Positions 31,611 to 41,397 of a stretch of DNA of 64,000 nt are shown one piece after another. The DNA lies in the NCBI GenBank assembly GCA_034530615.2, contig JAVRCV020000062.1, forward strand, positions 1 to 64,000, given 5' to 3'. Numbering within the stretch: the first letter of the stretch is position 1; every line of letters starts with the position of its first letter. The DNA is from Aulosira sp. ZfuVER01 (GTDB lineage: Bacteria; Cyanobacteriota; Cyanobacteriia; Cyanobacteriales; Nostocaceae). A program made the translations under genes and the position numbers. The notes below the pieces were generated by a model. That model did not search any database. It had not been told where the DNA came from and saw nothing but the letters and a program-made list of their open reading frames with translations.

Positions 31611-32369
31611 ATGGTACAAACCAATCCCATCGCCATTGAATTTCGCGATGTCACTTTTAGCCGCAACCACCGCCCTTTAGTTTCTCATCTCAATTTTTCT
31701 ATTTTTCAAGGCGAAGCATTGGTATTACTCGGACGTAGCGGTAGTGGCAAAACTACGACGATGAAATTAATTAATCGCCTGTTCACGCCAACTCAAGGGG
31801 AAGTGTTATTTGATGGTGTTCTCACAACTGAATGGGATGAAATTAAACTACGGCGTAAGATTGGTTATGTCATTCAAGAGATTGGTTTATTTCCGCATTT
31901 CACAGTCGAACGCAATGTAGGTTTAGTCCCCGCTTTGGAAAATTGGAAACCAAGACAAATTAAAACGCGGGTGCATGAATTGTTGCACTTGGTAGGCTTA
32001 GATCCCGAACAATTTGCTGGGCGTTATCCCCATGAACTGTCGGGAGGGCAAAGACAACGAGTTGGTGTAGCGAGGGCTTTAGCTGCCGATCCGCCTGTAT
32101 TATTGATGGATGAACCCTTTGGCGCACTCGATCCGATTACACGCTTAGAAATTCAACAGGAGTTTCGACGGTTACAACAAGACTTAGGCAAAACCGTTGT
32201 GTTTGTTACGCACGATATTCAAGAAGCTTTTGTTTTAGCTTCGAGAATTGGTTTAATGTATGGCGGAGAATTGATAGTATTAGGGACAAAGGATGAATTT
32301 ATGCGATCCCAACATCCTGAAAGCCTAGCTTTTCTTCAATGTCTGCGTTCTCTGCAAGACAGTTTATGA
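31611..32369 (+). CDS. Osmoprotectant (Opu/ProV-like) ABC ATP-binding protein
   Basis: GRSGSGKTT, LSGGQRQRVG and LMDEPFGALDPITR motifs. Confidence 0.9.
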   Translation: MVQTNPIAIEFRDVTFSRNHRPLVSHLNFSIFQGEALVLLGRSGSGKTTTMKLINRLFTPTQGEVLFDGVLTTEWDEIKLRRKIGYVIQEIGLFPHFTVERNVGLVPALENWKPRQIKTRVHELLHLVGLDPEQFAGRYPHELSGGQRQRVGVARALAADPPVLLMDEPFGALDPITRLEIQQEFRRLQQDLGKTVVFVTHDIQEAFVLASRIGLMYGGELIVLGTKDEFMRSQHPESLAFLQCLRSLQDSL

Positions 32370-32998
32370 AAGACTTCTTCCTCATCAAGTATGCCCCAGA
32401 AATTGTTCAGCATACGCTGGAACATTTATTGATGGTGGGCATTGCAATTGTAATTGCTATTTTAATAGGCATTCCTTTAGGGATTTTAATTACGCGCCAA
32501 ACTCAACTCCGCCAACCAATTTTAGGTATTGCTAATATTCTGCAAACTATTCCTAGTTTGGCTTTGTTTGGATTGTTAATTCCTGTACCCATAATTGGGG
32601 GTATTGGTGTAGTACCAGCAATTGTGGCATTAACTTTATATTCTTTATTACCGATAATTCGGAATACTTATACAGGCATTACTGGCGTCGATCCAGCGAT
32701 TCGGGAAGCTGGGCGAGGTATGGGAATGACAGATAGAGAATTGTTATTCCAAGTAGAAATTCCCTTAGCAATGGGAGTAATTTTAGCAGGAGTGCGAGTA
32801 GCAACTGTAATTGCGATTGGAATTGCAACTATTGCTGCTGCAATTGGTGCTGGTGGTTTAGGAGTATTTATTTTTAGGGGAATTGCAGTAGTAAATAATC
32901 AGTTAATTTTAGCTGGGGCAATTCCTGCGGCAGTAATTGCATTAATTGCTGATTTTGGAATTGGTTGGCTTGAAGGTAAATTAAAAGTTAAAAATTAA
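32366..32998 (+). CDS. Osmoprotectant ABC permease
   Basis: QTIPSLAL and EAGRGMGM (EAA loop); ATGA overlap with the upstream gene. Confidence 0.9.
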   Translation: MKDFFLIKYAPEIVQHTLEHLLMVGIAIVIAILIGIPLGILITRQTQLRQPILGIANILQTIPSLALFGLLIPVPIIGGIGVVPAIVALTLYSLLPIIRNTYTGITGVDPAIREAGRGMGMTDRELLFQVEIPLAMGVILAGVRVATVIAIGIATIAAAIGAGGLGVFIFRGIAVVNNQLILAGAIPAAVIALIADFGIGWLEGKLKVKN

Positions 32999-33008
32999 CA
33001 TTCTACAT

Positions 33009-33037
33009 AACCTCGACTTTTTGAAGAAGTCGGGGTT
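33009..33037. repeat. Short palindromic dispersed repeat
   Basis: AACCTCGACTTTTTGAAGAAGTCGGGGTT; a related copy lies at 63582-63611. Confidence 0.6.
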
Positions 33038-33065
33038 ATAAATTAAAGAATACCCGAAAATTAAT

Positions 33066-33965
33066 ATGAAAAAATTCGTGGTTTTTTGCCTATTAACATT
33101 TACTTTGATAATTGCGATCGCTAGTTGTAGTCCCAATACAAATACTAGTAGCAGTGGTGATATTATTGTGGCATCAAAAGATTTTACTGAACAAGATATT
33201 TTAGGTGAACTTTTAGCACAACAAATAGAAGCTACTACTAACTTAAAAGTGCAGCGTCGCCCTCATTTGGGTGGTTCCTTTGTATGTCATAGTGCAATTA
33301 CTGCTGGCAAAATCGATGCTTATATTGAGTATACAGGTACAGCTTTTACAGGAATATTAAAGCAGAAGGCAGTTAACGATCCAAAAGTAGTTTACGAGAA
33401 ATTAAAACAAGCTTATGCCCAAAAATTTAATTTAGAAGTAATGCCCAGCTTGGGTTTTGAAAACACTTTTGCAATCATTATCCGCGGTGAAGATGCTAAA
33501 CGCTATAACATTCAAACTCTCTCGGAAGCTACTAAATATACGCCCCAGTGGCGTGGTGGTTTTGGCTATGAATTTTTGGAACGGGAAGATGGTTTTCCGG
33601 GATTAGCGAAAACCTACGACTTACATTTTGCTAAATCACCCCAAATTATGGATTTGGGTTTAATTTATCGCGCTTTAATTCAAAAACAGGTGGATATGGT
33701 AGCGGGTAATTCTACTGATGGGCAGATTGCTCGGTTGGGTTTAGTAGTGCTAAAAGATGATAAACAATATTTTCCGCCGTATGAAGCTGCGCCAATTGTT
33801 CGACAAAAAACCTTAACAAAATATCCGCAATTAAAAAAAGCGATCGCTCAACTTACTGGACGCATTACCGCAGATGAAATGCGGCAATTAAACTATTTAG
33901 TTGAAGGTGAATTACGTGATATTAAAGAGGTTGTACAAGAGTTTCGCAAATTAAAGAGTTTATAG
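33066..33965 (+). CDS. Glycine betaine/choline-type ABC substrate-binding lipoprotein
   Basis: Lipobox IASC; SKDFTEQ, IEYTGT and FPPY motifs. Confidence 0.9.
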   Translation: MKKFVVFCLLTFTLIIAIASCSPNTNTSSSGDIIVASKDFTEQDILGELLAQQIEATTNLKVQRRPHLGGSFVCHSAITAGKIDAYIEYTGTAFTGILKQKAVNDPKVVYEKLKQAYAQKFNLEVMPSLGFENTFAIIIRGEDAKRYNIQTLSEATKYTPQWRGGFGYEFLEREDGFPGLAKTYDLHFAKSPQIMDLGLIYRALIQKQVDMVAGNSTDGQIARLGLVVLKDDKQYFPPYEAAPIVRQKTLTKYPQLKKAIAQLTGRITADEMRQLNYLVEGELRDIKEVVQEFRKLKSL

Positions 33966-33976
33966 AATCCAGAATT

Positions 33977-34474
33977 TTAACAACTTTCTCCTGACTGCTC
34001 ACAAGCACCAATACTTACCCAGCTACTCGAACCATCTTGCCAATGTTCTTTTTTCCAAATTGGTGCGTTATGCTTTAGAGTATCAATAGCATAACGGCAA
34101 GCTTCAAACGCTTCACTGCGATGGGGACAACCTACTGCTACCAAAACGCTAATTTCCCCAACTTGCAAACGTCCAATGCGATGATGAATTACTACGCGAT
34201 TGACATCAGGATAAAGAGAGCGAATATCTGCTGCAATTTGCGAAAATACCCGCAATGCCATCGGTTCGTAGGCTTGATACTCTAAGGAAACCACAGGTTT
34301 ACCATCAGTTTGATTACGAACCATACCACTCATCACCACAACAGCACCATTTGCTGGAGCGTTAGCTTTAGTGTAGATTTCTTCAATAGATAATGGTGCA
34401 AGAGTAATAGCAAAGCTATCTTCGGTTCTTGGTTTCAAGCGAGAGTCTAGTGTATTTGTCACAAAAGAGTTCAT
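33977..34474 (-). CDS. moaE: Molybdopterin synthase catalytic subunit
   Basis: LEYQAYEPMA, HRIGRL, HRSEAF and PIWKKE motifs. Confidence 0.95.
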   Translation of the reverse strand: MNSFVTNTLDSRLKPRTEDSFAITLAPLSIEEIYTKANAPANGAVVVMSGMVRNQTDGKPVVSLEYQAYEPMALRVFSQIAADIRSLYPDVNRVVIHHRIGRLQVGEISVLVAVGCPHRSEAFEACRYAIDTLKHNAPIWKKEHWQDGSSSWVSIGACEQSGESC

Positions 34475-34576
34475 ATAAATTAATATTCTTTGTCCATCCT
34501 AGCGCTAGAGCGCTGGAAAACTACTACAAAATAATGTAGATGCGCATTAGCTTAATTAGAATTGCTCAATCTTTGC

Positions 34577-34683
34577 TATAGCAATCCGATTTGATTCATG
34601 AAATTACTTGTTTAGGCAGGGGAGAAGAAAGTAGAGAGGTAGAGGTGTACCTAGCTTCGCAACAATCAAATAGGAGTCCTATA
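34577..34683. mobile_element. MITE-like element with 20-bp imperfect terminal inverted repeats
   Basis: Left TATAGCAATCCGATTTGATT vs reverse complement of right end TATAGGACTCCTATTTGATT (17/20); 107 bp, non-coding. Confidence 0.65.
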
Positions 34684-34933
34684 TTGCTATCCTCAAAGGG
34701 TTGATAGCAATTTACTTTATAGGATTAGTTATTGAAAATCAATAGCAAATTTGAGCTTATCTAAGTAAATTTACTTTAAGGTTAAATTTCACCATCATCT
34801 TTTGAAAGACAGATGACTATAATCAAAGATAATTAAAGTTATGTGCTAGATTTTTTAGACCATCTCATAGCCAGCGCCTTTATTGAGATTAAAAATCTGG
34901 CGAGGCTAAATTGATATCAGAAAACTTACCAAT

Positions 34934-35148
34934 CAAATTCTTGACACTGATCCAGAACAAGCATTTTTAGCAGCACAGATTTGTGACACACCACTAGCCT
35001 TAATTAATCTTATTGATACCAATCGTTAGGGGTTTAAAGCCAAGGTGGGTTTGGATATAGAACAAATGTCTATAGAATTGCGGTTCTGTCCACTTTGTAT
35101 CCAGCAATTCAAGGCACCGACTGTGCCTGATAGGTTTGTCTACATTTA
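34934..35148 (+). pseudogene. Remnant of a GAF-containing hybrid histidine kinase (5' part)
   Basis: QILDTDPEQAF-LAAQICDTPLALINLIDTNR*GFKAKVGLD..CIQQ..VPD is a classic GAF N-terminus (TAG at 35027), followed in another frame by GLST of the HATPase G2 box. Confidence 0.75.
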
Positions 35149-35278
35149 AGTAGCTTAGTGTTAAAAATTATCGTTATGACAAGGCAGGAGGCAGAAGGCA
35201 GGAGGCAAAAGAGAAGAGGATTCTAGCTTTGTTTACTTTTCTTAACTTAGTTTTGTTTTTTTCCCACCGACTTACTTA
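35146..35278. mobile_element. MITE-like insertion with TAAGTA..TACTTA ends and internal STRR
   Basis: TTA on both flanks; removing the element and one TTA restores GLST-F-MVTIKGHGGF. Confidence 0.7.
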
Positions 35279-35787
35279 TGGTAACTATTAAAGGACATGG
35301 TGGTTTTCTTAATGTATCAGTTTTTGTAGGTAAAAATACAGAATTTAAAATGTGCTTACCAGCAGTGAATACAGTTGCAACTCAGATGTCAGAAGATAAG
35401 GAAATGCCGAACGGAAATGGAGAATGGCTTTTGGTTGTAGATGATGAAGCTGCCATTAGAGAAATTACTACAACATCCCTCGAAAGCTATAATTATCAAA
35501 TTATATCTGCTAAGGACGGCATTGAAGCATTAGCACTTTATGCTCAACATCGAGATAAAATTCAAGTGGCAATTATTGATATGATGATGCCGAAGATGGA
35601 TGGAGCAACCACCATTCAAACTTTGCAAAACATGAATCCCGAACTACCTATTATTGCTGTGAGTGGATTAGCAACAAGTGAACAAGTATTTATAAATAAA
35701 ACATCTCAGCACACAGCCTTTTTGTCTAAACCATATACTGTGCAGGAATTATTGAAAACTCTGCAAGTAGTCTTGAGTAAAAAATAA
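35278..35787 (+). CDS. Response regulator receiver domain with residual HATPase tail (3' part of the broken kinase)
   Basis: IKGHGGF..TEFKMCLP, then LVVDDE, IIDMMMPKMDG, VSG and SKPY. Confidence 0.7.
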   Translation: MVTIKGHGGFLNVSVFVGKNTEFKMCLPAVNTVATQMSEDKEMPNGNGEWLLVVDDEAAIREITTTSLESYNYQIISAKDGIEALALYAQHRDKIQVAIIDMMMPKMDGATTIQTLQNMNPELPIIAVSGLATSEQVFINKTSQHTAFLSKPYTVQELLKTLQVVLSKK

Positions 35788-35833
35788 TTTAGACATGGCT
35801 TCACAAGCAAATCACTAATAACTAACATTCTCC

Positions 35834-36214
35834 ATGACATCTGAAATTTTAGCCGTTAATGTAGCTTTTTACCGAGCTTTTGAAAAAAAAGACATTGAGT
35901 CCATGAGTGCCTTATGGTCACAAGGAACTGGTAGTACTTGTATTCATCCTGGACGTAGTATACTGAGGGGTTGGAAGCAGGTTCGCTCGTCTTGGGAGCA
36001 GATATTTAGAAATACGGCTTATATAGAAATTAATTTAGATATCATGGCTACAGAAGTAGTTGGTGATATAGCTTATGTTGTGCTGGTAGAAAATGTTCTC
36101 CAAGTCGTTAGTGGTAAAAGGCTAGAAGCACAATCGATCGCTACAAATGTGTTTCAGCTTCTCGGGGGAAAATGGTACTTAGTTCATCATCATGGCAGTC
36201 CGATTATGCGCTAA
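35834..36214 (+). CDS. NTF2/SnoaL-like protein
   Basis: FYRAFE, CIHPG, ATNVF and WYLVHHHGSP motifs. Confidence 0.88.
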   Translation: MTSEILAVNVAFYRAFEKKDIESMSALWSQGTGSTCIHPGRSILRGWKQVRSSWEQIFRNTAYIEINLDIMATEVVGDIAYVVLVENVLQVVSGKRLEAQSIATNVFQLLGGKWYLVHHHGSPIMR

Positions 36215-36263
36215 ATGACAAACTCAATTATTAATCATTTTTGATGGTAAATAAACACAGGCT

Positions 36264-36291
36264 GTAAGGGTTTAGCATTGCTAAACCCCTA
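36264..36291. repeat. REP-like palindrome
   Basis: GTAAGGGTTTAGCATTGCTAAACCCCTA; followed by an STRR hairpin at 36365-36400. Confidence 0.55.
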
Positions 36292-36428
36292 TGATATATA
36301 TAGTTTTTCAAACTATTGAGTTAAAGTCAGCGGCTTTTCATCGTTTGATTTCAGACCTTTTTAATTTTGGATTTTGAATCTTTAATCCAAAATCCAAAAT
36401 TCGGTGAATATCTTCCCCAGCTATCGGA

Positions 36429-37313
36429 TTACAAGTCGGGAGGTAAAATCACTTGATCGATCGCGTGAATGACACCATTAGAACCTGTAATATCTGTCTG
36501 AGTGACGTTGGCTTCATTTACCTTTACGCCAGTAGCGGGATCAACTTTGACGTTAATCGCACCGCCTTCAACGCTTTTGACTTCGCCAGATTTCAAATCG
36601 CTAGCTAGTACCTTTCCAGGTACTACATGGTAAGTTAATATCTTTACCAAAACTTCCTTATTCTCAGGCTTCAACAAATCTCTGACTGCATCTTGGGGCA
36701 ATTTAGAAAACGCAGCATCGGTGGGTGCAAAAATCGTGAAATTATCTTTGCCTTCTAAAGTTGCTGTCAATCCAGCTGCTTTCAATGCTTTAGTTAGAGT
36801 TGAAAAGGAAGCATTTGACTCAGCCAGTGCTACCAAGTTCTTGCTTTGAGTATTGCTTGAAGGTGCTGGTTGAGTTTGAGTAGGAATAGTTGTTGAAGGT
36901 GCTGAAGGTGTTGCAGGCACTGAAGGTGTTTCGATTGCTGGTGTGTTGGGTGCTGCGGGGATAGCACTGGGAGCAGGTGTAACTTCTCCACCTGTAGTGC
37001 GACTACCACGGTTATAAGGAGGCTCGTTAAAAATACTTGGGCTAGGATTGACCGTCCTCTTTTTAGGTTTCTGTGCTACCAAATTTCCATTTGAAGTTCT
37101 ACCTTTTGCTGCATCTTGTGTCGGCTGAACAGGTGTATAGTTAGCGTTGTTTTCAATCCGTTGACTACGGTTATAGGGAGCTTCGCTAAAAATGGTGGGG
37201 TTAGGATTGGTTGCCTCTTTTGCTCCAGAAGGTAATGTAATTAAGAGGCTGCATCCTGCTATTCCAACTATCCCTGCTAGGTTTGTCAGCAATTGACTGT
37301 AATTTGCCTTCAT
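36429..37313 (-). CDS. Secreted fasciclin (FAS1) domain protein
   Basis: TIFAPTDAAF, ILTYHVV and NGVIHAIDQVILP motifs; signal peptide, two NPxPxIFxExPYNR repeats and a Pro/Thr linker. Confidence 0.92.
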   Translation of the reverse strand: MKANYSQLLTNLAGIVGIAGCSLLITLPSGAKEATNPNPTIFSEAPYNRSQRIENNANYTPVQPTQDAAKGRTSNGNLVAQKPKKRTVNPSPSIFNEPPYNRGSRTTGGEVTPAPSAIPAAPNTPAIETPSVPATPSAPSTTIPTQTQPAPSSNTQSKNLVALAESNASFSTLTKALKAAGLTATLEGKDNFTIFAPTDAAFSKLPQDAVRDLLKPENKEVLVKILTYHVVPGKVLASDLKSGEVKSVEGGAINVKVDPATGVKVNEANVTQTDITGSNGVIHAIDQVILPPDL

Positions 37314-38185
37314 AAATTTTGTTTGTTTTTATTTTGCACAGGTTACATAAAGACTTATAACATTTTGCTACGCACAAAATCTCACCTAAGAAGTAAGAAA
37401 TTTCCCTCAAAATCATCCAAAATCATGCTGCATAGGGATGATGGATTTAGCCAAAAATTATGGTACTATGCGGTTGCAAGCTATCTTCGAGCATCAAGTA
37501 ATGCTTATTAAGTTAACTTACCTATTGAACGTTCTGATAGTGCTGAGTGTGATTTTAATTAGTCATAGTAGAACGCCAACATCAAGAAAGCGCCAGTTAG
37601 TCGTTAGAGAAATTTAACCAACAAAAATCTTACGGCGCTATGTTGCAAATCGGTTTTAAAAGCAAGAAAAAAGTATTCTTTTATACTAAATTTTTAGATA
37701 TTTTAGGCAGCTAAAATTTTCAAACTTATTATAGCGTCTCTCTTTGAGAAGCAATACATGGCAGGGAAAATTAGCTAGAACTTTGAAAAACATCGCGTTT
37801 CTTACGGTCAGAAGGTAGAAGCTAAAAATAGCTGTCCAAATGTGTGTTGATTTTACAGAATCTAGAAATTAAGTCAAAAGTGATATTTTATACTTAAAAC
37901 CAAAGTATATTAAAAGCAGGAACAATGAAAATAATGGGTGCAAATTCAGGAATAAGATGTTAGGTTAAGTTATGCGTAAGTACTGAAACAATTTAATTAT
38001 TTGATATTTGCATCCATCGAGAAATAATTTTTTGATAAGCTAATGGGCTTTCCAAAAACTGCCTAAAAAGTTAAATCTATTGGTAATTAAGTTAGTACCC
38101 AATCAATTGAATTACCAAAACGATTACTGAAACTGAAGATACAATTAGTAAAATTGCTCAATTCACTAGTTATAGGGAATGCCAG

Positions 38186-38977
38186 ATGCTGGAATTATAT
38201 CAATGGGAACTATCTCAATATTCGGAAAAAGTGCGGTTAATTTTGGATTACAAGGGTCTAGATTACCGCAAAATAGAGGTGACGCCTGGAATTGGACAGG
38301 TAGAACTGTTTCGTCTGACTGGTCAGAAGCAAGTGCCAGTATTAAAGGATGGTAGTAGATATATTGTTGATTCTACAGAAATCGCTAAGTATTTAGACTT
38401 AGAATATCCCGAACCCCTACTCATACCGAAAGATCCCAAAAAAAGGGGTGCGTGTTTATTAATAGAAGAATGGGCGGATGAGTCGATAGGTATTAAAGGC
38501 CGCAAAGCACTATTTGCTGCTATTAGTCAAGACCAAAATTTCCGCAAGTCTTTATTACCCACCTCTACACCAGATATACTCAAAAACCTGGTTGAAGGCG
38601 TCCCCCGCGATTTCTTAACAGTGTTGGGTTTTGGAGTAGGTTATAGTCCAGATGTTATCAAGTCTGCGATCGCAGATCTCAAACAAGACTTAGAAGCGCT
38701 GACTCTGCTGTTAGCAGATAGTCCTTATTTGCTGGGAGATGAACCAAGTTTAGCTGACTTAGCAGTAGCTGGTTTATCGATATTGCTGAAATTTCCTGAG
38801 GGGCCTTATTTAGATATCCCAGCAGGTCTTCAAGGTAAAGGAGTGCCTGGTTTAGCAGATAATCCAGATTATGCACTCTTCTTTGAGTGGCGCGATCGCC
38901 TTTATGCTCAATTTCGTAAACCTTTAATTGCGGCTTCTCCATCAGCAAGTAGACCAACTTCAATTCAAATTGAATAA
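38186..38977 (+). CDS. Glutathione S-transferase family protein
   Basis: SQYSEKVRL, QVPVL, DSTEIA and PSLADLA motifs. Confidence 0.88.
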   Translation: MLELYQWELSQYSEKVRLILDYKGLDYRKIEVTPGIGQVELFRLTGQKQVPVLKDGSRYIVDSTEIAKYLDLEYPEPLLIPKDPKKRGACLLIEEWADESIGIKGRKALFAAISQDQNFRKSLLPTSTPDILKNLVEGVPRDFLTVLGFGVGYSPDVIKSAIADLKQDLEALTLLLADSPYLLGDEPSLADLAVAGLSILLKFPEGPYLDIPAGLQGKGVPGLADNPDYALFFEWRDRLYAQFRKPLIAASPSASRPTSIQIE

Positions 38978-39117
38978 TTAGTTATTGGTCAAGAGTCAAA
39001 TTTAATGGATTATTGACTTTTGACCAATAACAATTTGTGCTAAAATTTCGTCGCAAGTTTGAACTCTACAACTAAAATGCAAGATCAGCTCAACCCAACA
39101 TTGGTGTAACTAATCAA

Positions 39118-40851
39118 ATGAATTCTGGACAACCTTTAGGTTCAGTCACCCAAGGCTCTCTAACTGGTGGGTTAGAAGTAAGATTACACCCTGATATTTC
39201 TGTTGAAGATATGCGGGTGGGTAAATTTTTAGTTGTGCAAGGGATGCGATCGCGCTTTTTCTGTATGCTGACAGATGTGGCGCTAGGAACTGCGAATGCA
39301 CGAATTATTGCCGATCCTCCCAATTGGGAAGATACTTTTTTACGCGAAGTTTTAGCGGGCAGTGGGACATACGGCACAATTAATCTCGCGCCGATGTTAA
39401 TGTTTACCCCAGAAGAAGTAGAAGAATCTTTTTCGCCTACTAATGGTAAATCTGTAAATCCTTTTGTACCCTCAATGACTGGTTTGGCTTCATTTCAGCC
39501 ACAAACCAGTACCACAATGGAATTGCTTCCAGTTAAAACTATTCCCAGCCACTTTAGCCAAGTTTACGAAGCCAGCGAAGAAGATTTTCGCAGAGTATTT
39601 GGTTGGGAAGATGATACCCACAGGAAAAACTTTTCCATCGGTAAGCCTCTGGATATGGATGTGCCGGTGTGTATTGACTTAGACAGATTTGTGGAACGGA
39701 GTAACGGAGTTTTTGGGAAATCTGGAACCGGTAAATCCTTCCTCACACGCTTAGTTTTGGCGGGGATAGTCCGGAAAAACGCGGCGGTAAACTTGATTTT
39801 TGATATGCACTCCGAGTACGGCTGGCAAGCTGTCTGTGAAGGAAAACAATATAGTACAGTTAAAGGTTTAAAACAGCTATTTCCTGGGAAAGTAGAAGTT
39901 TATACCCTCGACCCAGAATCGACAAAGCGCCGGGGTGTGCGAGATGCGCAAGAACTTTATCTCAGTTACGAACAAATAGAAGTTGAAGACGTTAAATTAT
40001 GTTCTCGCGATTTAGGACTGTCAGAAGCTGCCCTAGATAATGCGAATATTCTTTACGCTGAGTATGGCAAGGCTTGGATTCTTCAGTTGTTGAACATGAC
40101 TAACGAAGAAATCAAGCTGTTCTGCGAGGAGAAGCGAGGACACCAAGGCTCAATTATGTCTTTGCAACGGAAACTCCTGCGCTTGGATAACTTGAAGTAT
40201 ATGCGAGCTGCTTGTCCGCAGAACTATATTAATCAAATTTTGCGATCGCTCGAAGCTGGCAAGCACGTAGTTGTCGAATTTGGCTCTCAGTCTGATATGC
40301 TCTCTTATATGCTGGTGACGAATATGATCACCAGAAGAATTCACAGCCATTACGTCAGCAAAGCCGAACGTTTCCTGCATAGTGGCAATGCGAGCGATCG
40401 CCCGACGCAATTAGTAATTACTATTGAAGAAGCTCACCGTTTTCTTGACCCAGCAATTGTGCAAAGTACCATATTTGGGACAATCGCCAGGGAAATGCGG
40501 AAATATTTCGTAACGCTTTTGGTAGTTGATCAACGCCCGTCGGGGATAGATAATGAAGTTATGTCCCAGATTGGGACTCGCATCACCGCTTTGCTCAACG
40601 ATGAAAAAGACATTGACGCGATTTTCACAGGAGTCTCTGGTGCTGGCAGTCTGCGATCGGTATTAGCAAAGCTCGATTCTAAGCAACAAGCTTTAATTTT
40701 GGGTCACGCCGTCCCAATGCCAGTCGTAGTCCGTACCCGTCCCTATGATGCAACTTTTTATGCAGAAATTGGCGACCCAGCATGGGAAGAAAAGCCAGAC
40801 GAAGAATTATTCGCTGCGGCTGAACTAGCTAGGGCAGATTTGGGGTTCTAG
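39118..40851 (+). CDS. HerA-like ATPase (HAS barrel plus FtsK/HerA domain)
   Basis: GKSGTGKS, IFDMHSEY, IEEAHRF, IAREMRK and DQRPS motifs. Confidence 0.88.
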   Translation: MNSGQPLGSVTQGSLTGGLEVRLHPDISVEDMRVGKFLVVQGMRSRFFCMLTDVALGTANARIIADPPNWEDTFLREVLAGSGTYGTINLAPMLMFTPEEVEESFSPTNGKSVNPFVPSMTGLASFQPQTSTTMELLPVKTIPSHFSQVYEASEEDFRRVFGWEDDTHRKNFSIGKPLDMDVPVCIDLDRFVERSNGVFGKSGTGKSFLTRLVLAGIVRKNAAVNLIFDMHSEYGWQAVCEGKQYSTVKGLKQLFPGKVEVYTLDPESTKRRGVRDAQELYLSYEQIEVEDVKLCSRDLGLSEAALDNANILYAEYGKAWILQLLNMTNEEIKLFCEEKRGHQGSIMSLQRKLLRLDNLKYMRAACPQNYINQILRSLEAGKHVVVEFGSQSDMLSYMLVTNMITRRIHSHYVSKAERFLHSGNASDRPTQLVITIEEAHRFLDPAIVQSTIFGTIAREMRKYFVTLLVVDQRPSGIDNEVMSQIGTRITALLNDEKDIDAIFTGVSGAGSLRSVLAKLDSKQQALILGHAVPMPVVVRTRPYDATFYAEIGDPAWEEKPDEELFAAAELARADLGF

Positions 40852-40857
40852 TTATTC

Positions 40858-40918
40858 GTCATTGGTCATTTGTCAGTTGGCTAATGCCCAATGCCCAATG
40901 CCCAATGCCCAATGCCCA
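40858..40918. repeat. STRR tracts (TTGGTCA and (AATGCCC)x5)
   Basis: Direct heptamer tandem repeats downstream of the ATPase gene. Confidence 0.85.
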
Positions 40919-41397
40919 TTTCGTAACATCCCACCATCACAACAAAAAATCAGTTCGGTTATTTCGCTACTCCTCGGCAACTGAAGCGGAGGTTTTAGCG
41001 TCACTATAGATATAGTTAGCACTCAAAGGAAGTACAATTTTTTGCCAAACAAACAACTTTGCCCTATAATTAGAAGATTTATCTGGGCTACTTTACTATC
41101 CACTAGATTTGTCGTATCATAATAAAAGTAGAACTCATACTGACTTCATATTTTTACAGTTACCGCCAGTGACTGACAAGAAGTATTCTTGACAACCAGC
41201 CAGTGTATTTCTAAGAGACTACAAAATTTAGGAAGGATAGGGGAACCTATCTCAGGGATGCACCGTCTTTTCAACGGCTGTATAAATGGATTGCTATATG
41301 GTAGTTCCCTATGTTCCGTGATAGATGTAGTGCCATTCCGAATCCGACTTAATTATTAAAGATTCATTGTGTTTACGGAGTAGAGGATAACGCACCA

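Noticed and set aside
13201..35029. Amber read-through or recoding suggested by in-frame TAGs in three broken genes
   Set aside because: Many intact genes here end in TAG, one lesion is TAA, and the changes fit ordinary single-base nonsense mutations
37420..37450. TAAATCCA upstream of the fasciclin gene as a third target of the ECF sigma factor
   Set aside because: The -35-like box matches but there is no TCGT at the 13-nt spacing
37500..38180. Long AT-rich intergenic region, also 63620-64000
   Set aside because: No convincing ORF, terminator or repeat structure could be supported
39118..40851. HerA-based anti-phage system
   Set aside because: No adjacent SIR2, nuclease or DUF4297 partner; context and composition look like core genome
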